Source: the human T2T-CHM13v2.0 reference genome, Homo sapiens. Taken from it: DNA of 64,000 nucleotides. The position numbers and the translations under genes are program-made. Every line of letters starts with the position of its first letter. Positions within the stretch are counted from its first letter, which is position 1. The stretch lies in assembly GCF_009914755.1 (NCBI RefSeq), contig NC_060925.1; one strand, 5' to 3'. Below, piece after piece: positions 60,130-64,000 of the stretch. The notes beneath the pieces were generated by a model. The model was not told the origin of the DNA, ran no database searches, and worked only from the letters and a program-made list of their open reading frames with translations.

Positions 60130-60604
60130 ATTTTTCCTTTTTTGTGCATTAAGGCATTTTATTTACAAGTATGTATTATGTTGCTAGAAAAAGAATCCCA
60201 GAACTTTCCCTCCTATGTGTTTCACCTTGCCTCTTCAAGGTCCATGATGCCAGCTAAGGTTGTCAGTACAATGAAACAAAACTGACAGGATGAGAGCAGA
60301 TTATTCTGCCATTTTTTTTCTAGATCTTTGAGTTGCACATCATATCTCAGGCTGATCACTCCACACTTGTTTAACCTGCCTGTGAGGTTCACAACAATTT
60401 TCCCTGCTCTCTGATCATCAATGATTTCAAATTTGCCAATGTAAATTGCCTTATCATGCCTCATCATCATGGTTAGAAACAGGAAAGCATGACCTAGTAA
60501 GACTCTGGTGGTTACCTCTCTATTCAGTATTGCTGACGCTCCTGAGAGCATCAACCAGAACATTCATATACACGATTATGGCAGCACAAAAAGATGAAGG
60601 AAAG
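60130..60604 (-). pseudogene. RPS15A (40S ribosomal protein S15a) processed pseudogene, possibly RPS15AP6
   Basis: Translates to [30 protein letters not shown]...GIMDLEEAR; intronless; start ATG mutated to ATC; frameshifts and stops; AATAAA and decayed poly(A) near 60130-60163; degenerate TSD CTAGGT..A.ATTT. Confidence 0.93.
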
Positions 60605-63600
60605 ACTAGGTACAATTATTTGAAATTATCAATGCTAAGAGGACCTACTGTGAATTCATCTAGTTCTGAAATGGATAGCCCAAACCACAAACAAAATCAA
60701 ACATGGATGAGAAAACTTGCTATTGCTACGGTGTGCTTTCCTTGAGGAAGACATCTCAGAGCCACAATTAGCAGTCCACACAGTTAACTGTTATATATTG
60801 CTGTAATCTTGCCAAAGCTTACATACCTTAATCCTTTTACATGATCCCATAAAAATCAATAACCAATAAGAACCTTATATAAAACCTTAGAATAAGTGAT
60901 AATGTAATACACACGGCTCATTTACCATATATTTTCTGAAGATAAAAACATAAGCTTTTCATTGTAAATCCATGCCAAATGTTATAGACTAATATACTGT
61001 GTGCTACTGAATAAAAAAATTGCTTGTAACGTATTTAAAATGAAATGCCACCAAGAACAATGGACATATCCACAAGACTTGGACTGAAATCCTAACAATT
61101 GCTACTGAACACTGTTGTTAGTTTGGGCAACTCATTTATCTTTCCCACGAATGTAAAAAGGAACAACACACCTACCTCTCAAGGCAGTTTGTGAAGATTA
61201 AATGAGATAAAATATTCCCAAATCACCTTTATTTATCACTATCCCACGTCTATGAATGAGGAAACCAAGGACTGAAAAATTTAAGTATCTTACCTAAGAT
61301 AACAAAGTAAATAATATATCTAGAAAGTATTAGCATCTGTTGACCATTTAACGTTTAGCTGGGATCACCAATTTTAAAGGAAATACTTGACAGGATTCAT
61401 CATACGTTCCAAATAACAAAACAAAATTTCTTTTTCTTTTTTTTAATGAGTTATAAAAAACAAAATTAATGGCTTCATATTAGACACAGAGGCTATCCGG
61501 CAATCTTTCAACGTGGTAATCTTAATATAGCCATCTCTGTAGCTGACACTAAGGTTCAACATCAGATTGATTTCCTTTCCTACTCTAGTTCTACTAAATC
61601 TAGCCACTAACCTAAAAATATGGCAGCAAAGTATCTCATGTCTATCAAATAATTAATAAATGGGTCAAACAGAATCTAAAAATAAAGTTTTCTTATCATG
61701 GATTAGTTTCAGCACTGTTTCAGACACAACGTTTATGTGTATGTATCACATCCGAAATCTGAAAGGCTGAAAGTTTGACTATTTTAACTTAAGAAAACAC
61801 AGGGAATGAATTTCTTATTAATTCTGGCTCCACTGAGATAGGGAAAGTATTTCTTCAACTTCTATTTGAGAATCTGAATATAGTTTTAAAAGAGAGCACC
61901 AATTTAATTCTTCATTAAATTTAAAAAAATCAAGTATTCATAAGGTCATTTCTCAGTAATGAGGCTCTTTGATCTTAGGATATATTTTGACACTATTCAC
62001 ATTTAATTTGGTGGTATTCTGAAGCAGGAGTTTCTAGCTGTCAAGATACTAAATATAACACTGAAATATATCACTTACAAAAACATAAAGAAATGTTACC
62101 TCTTTCTATACTTCAATTAGAGGAACACTTTGTTCTCTCATAGCTGTCGTACTATTGAAATAGAAAGGGAATCCACTGTATTTCATTGAAGATGCTAAAA
62201 ATATACATGACAACCTTATTTGACTTCACTCAAAATTTTAACAACATTTTCAACACTCAAGCCAAATAAGGGAACATAGAGCCAACTGAAAATGCAATAT
62301 GTGAATTGGCATTCAAAGATAAAGTTCTTTTGTTCAGAAAGAACACCCTTCCTGATCACAGATATTGCTGGGGCTCTGTCAACAATGTTCCCAATGTGCC
62401 TTTTTCCAGATTATATCATTGCTCTGAAAGTGATTACTAAAAAAAACAAAGAATTATTTTCTATATAGGCTTTCTACTCTAAACAGACTTAAAAAATAAA
62501 AATCTAGTACTTCTTTTTATATTTACATTGCACATATGCCAAGAGCTAATTCAGACTCTGTACACAAGTACTTTCATCAAATGGAAAGCACAATCTCTAA
62601 TGCAGCCACATATGCAAGTAATTGTTCTGTCACAATGTATGCCATTATACCACTAGCAATATGGAATGCTTAACGGTGGCACATGACAAAGAAATTTTGC
62701 CAATAGATCATTCAACGATCGTTCAGAGCATTTTTCCATTCTCTGTGGATGCCTTTAGAAACTTCTTAGGAACAGTATGACTTGTTACCTATCATTGCTG
62801 TAAGCAGTGCAACTGTAAAAGATGCCTCTACTCTTTTGATCTCTTCTCTGCATTTAATGACTTATTCTAGAATAATTTCCTTAATTTACTACCATGCTTT
62901 GTTGAAAAACAATGCAAAATTTCAGTGGGAACATACTTTGACCATGTTTCATGTCAAATGCACAGAAAACTAGGGACAGATCAATGAAGGATCATTTCAA
63001 TAATAATCAGAGCATCTGTTTGTACTTTCCCTTTTCGAATAATTTCAAAGTCATCCCAAATATTTACTTCTTCAAGGACATATGGGTGAACATACAGAAT
63101 TTACTCTGCAATCCAGTATACTGTCCAAGTTGATGAGTTACAGACATCTGTTCTCACTTTCATTATTAATTTTATGTTTCAATAAACCTTTTTGAATGCT
63201 TTTTATTTGTTGGGGAGATAAGAACACAATAGTGACAGCAAACCAAGCAAATGATGTAAATTAATAATGTTACTGAAGAAAAGCCAATGAGAACAGTCCT
63301 TATGGTGTACATATAACCCTTAAATCTCTAATGATGATGTTAAAAACAGTGATTTGGACAGTCAACCACAGGCAGAAATGGTGAATTCCATTATAAGACA
63401 AAACAAACACAGCATATCAAGTATAACAAGACTCCAGATGTGATGGTTTTCAAACCATAGACATGTGAAAAAATTAATCTGTATTTCCTATTTTCACAAT
63501 GTAGTACAATGGACATAAGCTAACAAAAATAATTATAACATAAAACATTTATACAGCTTTTACTAGGTTTCAGGTACTATTCTAAGTACTTTACATATAA

Positions 63601-63755
63601 GTCAGAGATGAAATGCCATTTCTCGTTTTAAGATTCTGCCATCACCTAAACTAAATTCAGCCATAAAGATTAAACTCAATATTGTACACACTGTATGTGA
63701 ACAAACATAAATCTGACTAAAAAACTAAGCTGCCAAATTTTCAAAGAGGTATAAG

Positions 63756-64000
63756 GTACCAGGTGTGGTGGCTCACGCCTGTAATCCCAGCACTTTGGGA
63801 GATAGAGACAGGCAGATCACCTGAGGTCAGGAGCTCGAGACCAGCCTGGCCAACATGGTGAAACCTCGTCTCTACTAAAAATACAAAAATTAGATGGGTG
63901 TGGTGGTGGGCACCTGTAATCCCAGCTACTTGGGAGGCTGAGGCAGGAGAATTGCTTGAACTCGGGAGGCAGAGGTTGCAGTGAAACAAGATCGCACCAC
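63756..64000 (+). mobile_element. AluS (runs off the window end)
   Basis: Alu consensus. Confidence 0.92.

Noticed and set aside
60222-60563. 113-aa ORF similar to RPS15A
   Set aside because: Processed pseudogene: lost start codon, frameshifted N-terminus, premature stop.

Overview
Human (or very close great-ape) genomic DNA lying entirely inside the minus-strand gene EIF4G3 (eIF4GII, a translation initiation scaffold), which is transcribed right to left. Nine coding exons can be read with GT-AG boundaries. They run from the exon with the annotated ATG (MNSQPQTRSP), through three frame-preserving cassettes (114 nt, 33 nt and the 21-nt neuronal microexon GGFRPIQ), the Pro/Gln/Tyr-rich low-complexity exons and the PABP-binding motif (KREKKT|[20 protein letters not shown]), to the QLPSQ...DQKQ exon. 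The next acceptor appears to lie just left of position 1. The introns hold about 35 Alus, a full-length Tigger1 hosting MIR1256, a Tigger2-type element, an old L1PB-type ORF2 remnant, a short L1PA 3' end with an apparent 3' transduction, MER/L2/LTR relics, an RPS15A processed pseudogene and simple repeats. Nearly all ORFs in the supplied track are repeat-derived artefacts. I found no wholly new gene system. The best leads are RNA-level: a complex acceptor region at 6.75-7.2 kb (in-frame +51-nt acceptor, NAGNAG, 176-nt AG-free zone, candidate AG|GT recursive site or truncating last exon), a uORF whose stop overlaps the main ATG, and a miRNA hairpin apparently created by an inverted duplication inside Tigger1. 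Gene, miRNA and repeat names come from recalled sequences, not database searches; repeat boundaries and subfamilies are approximate.
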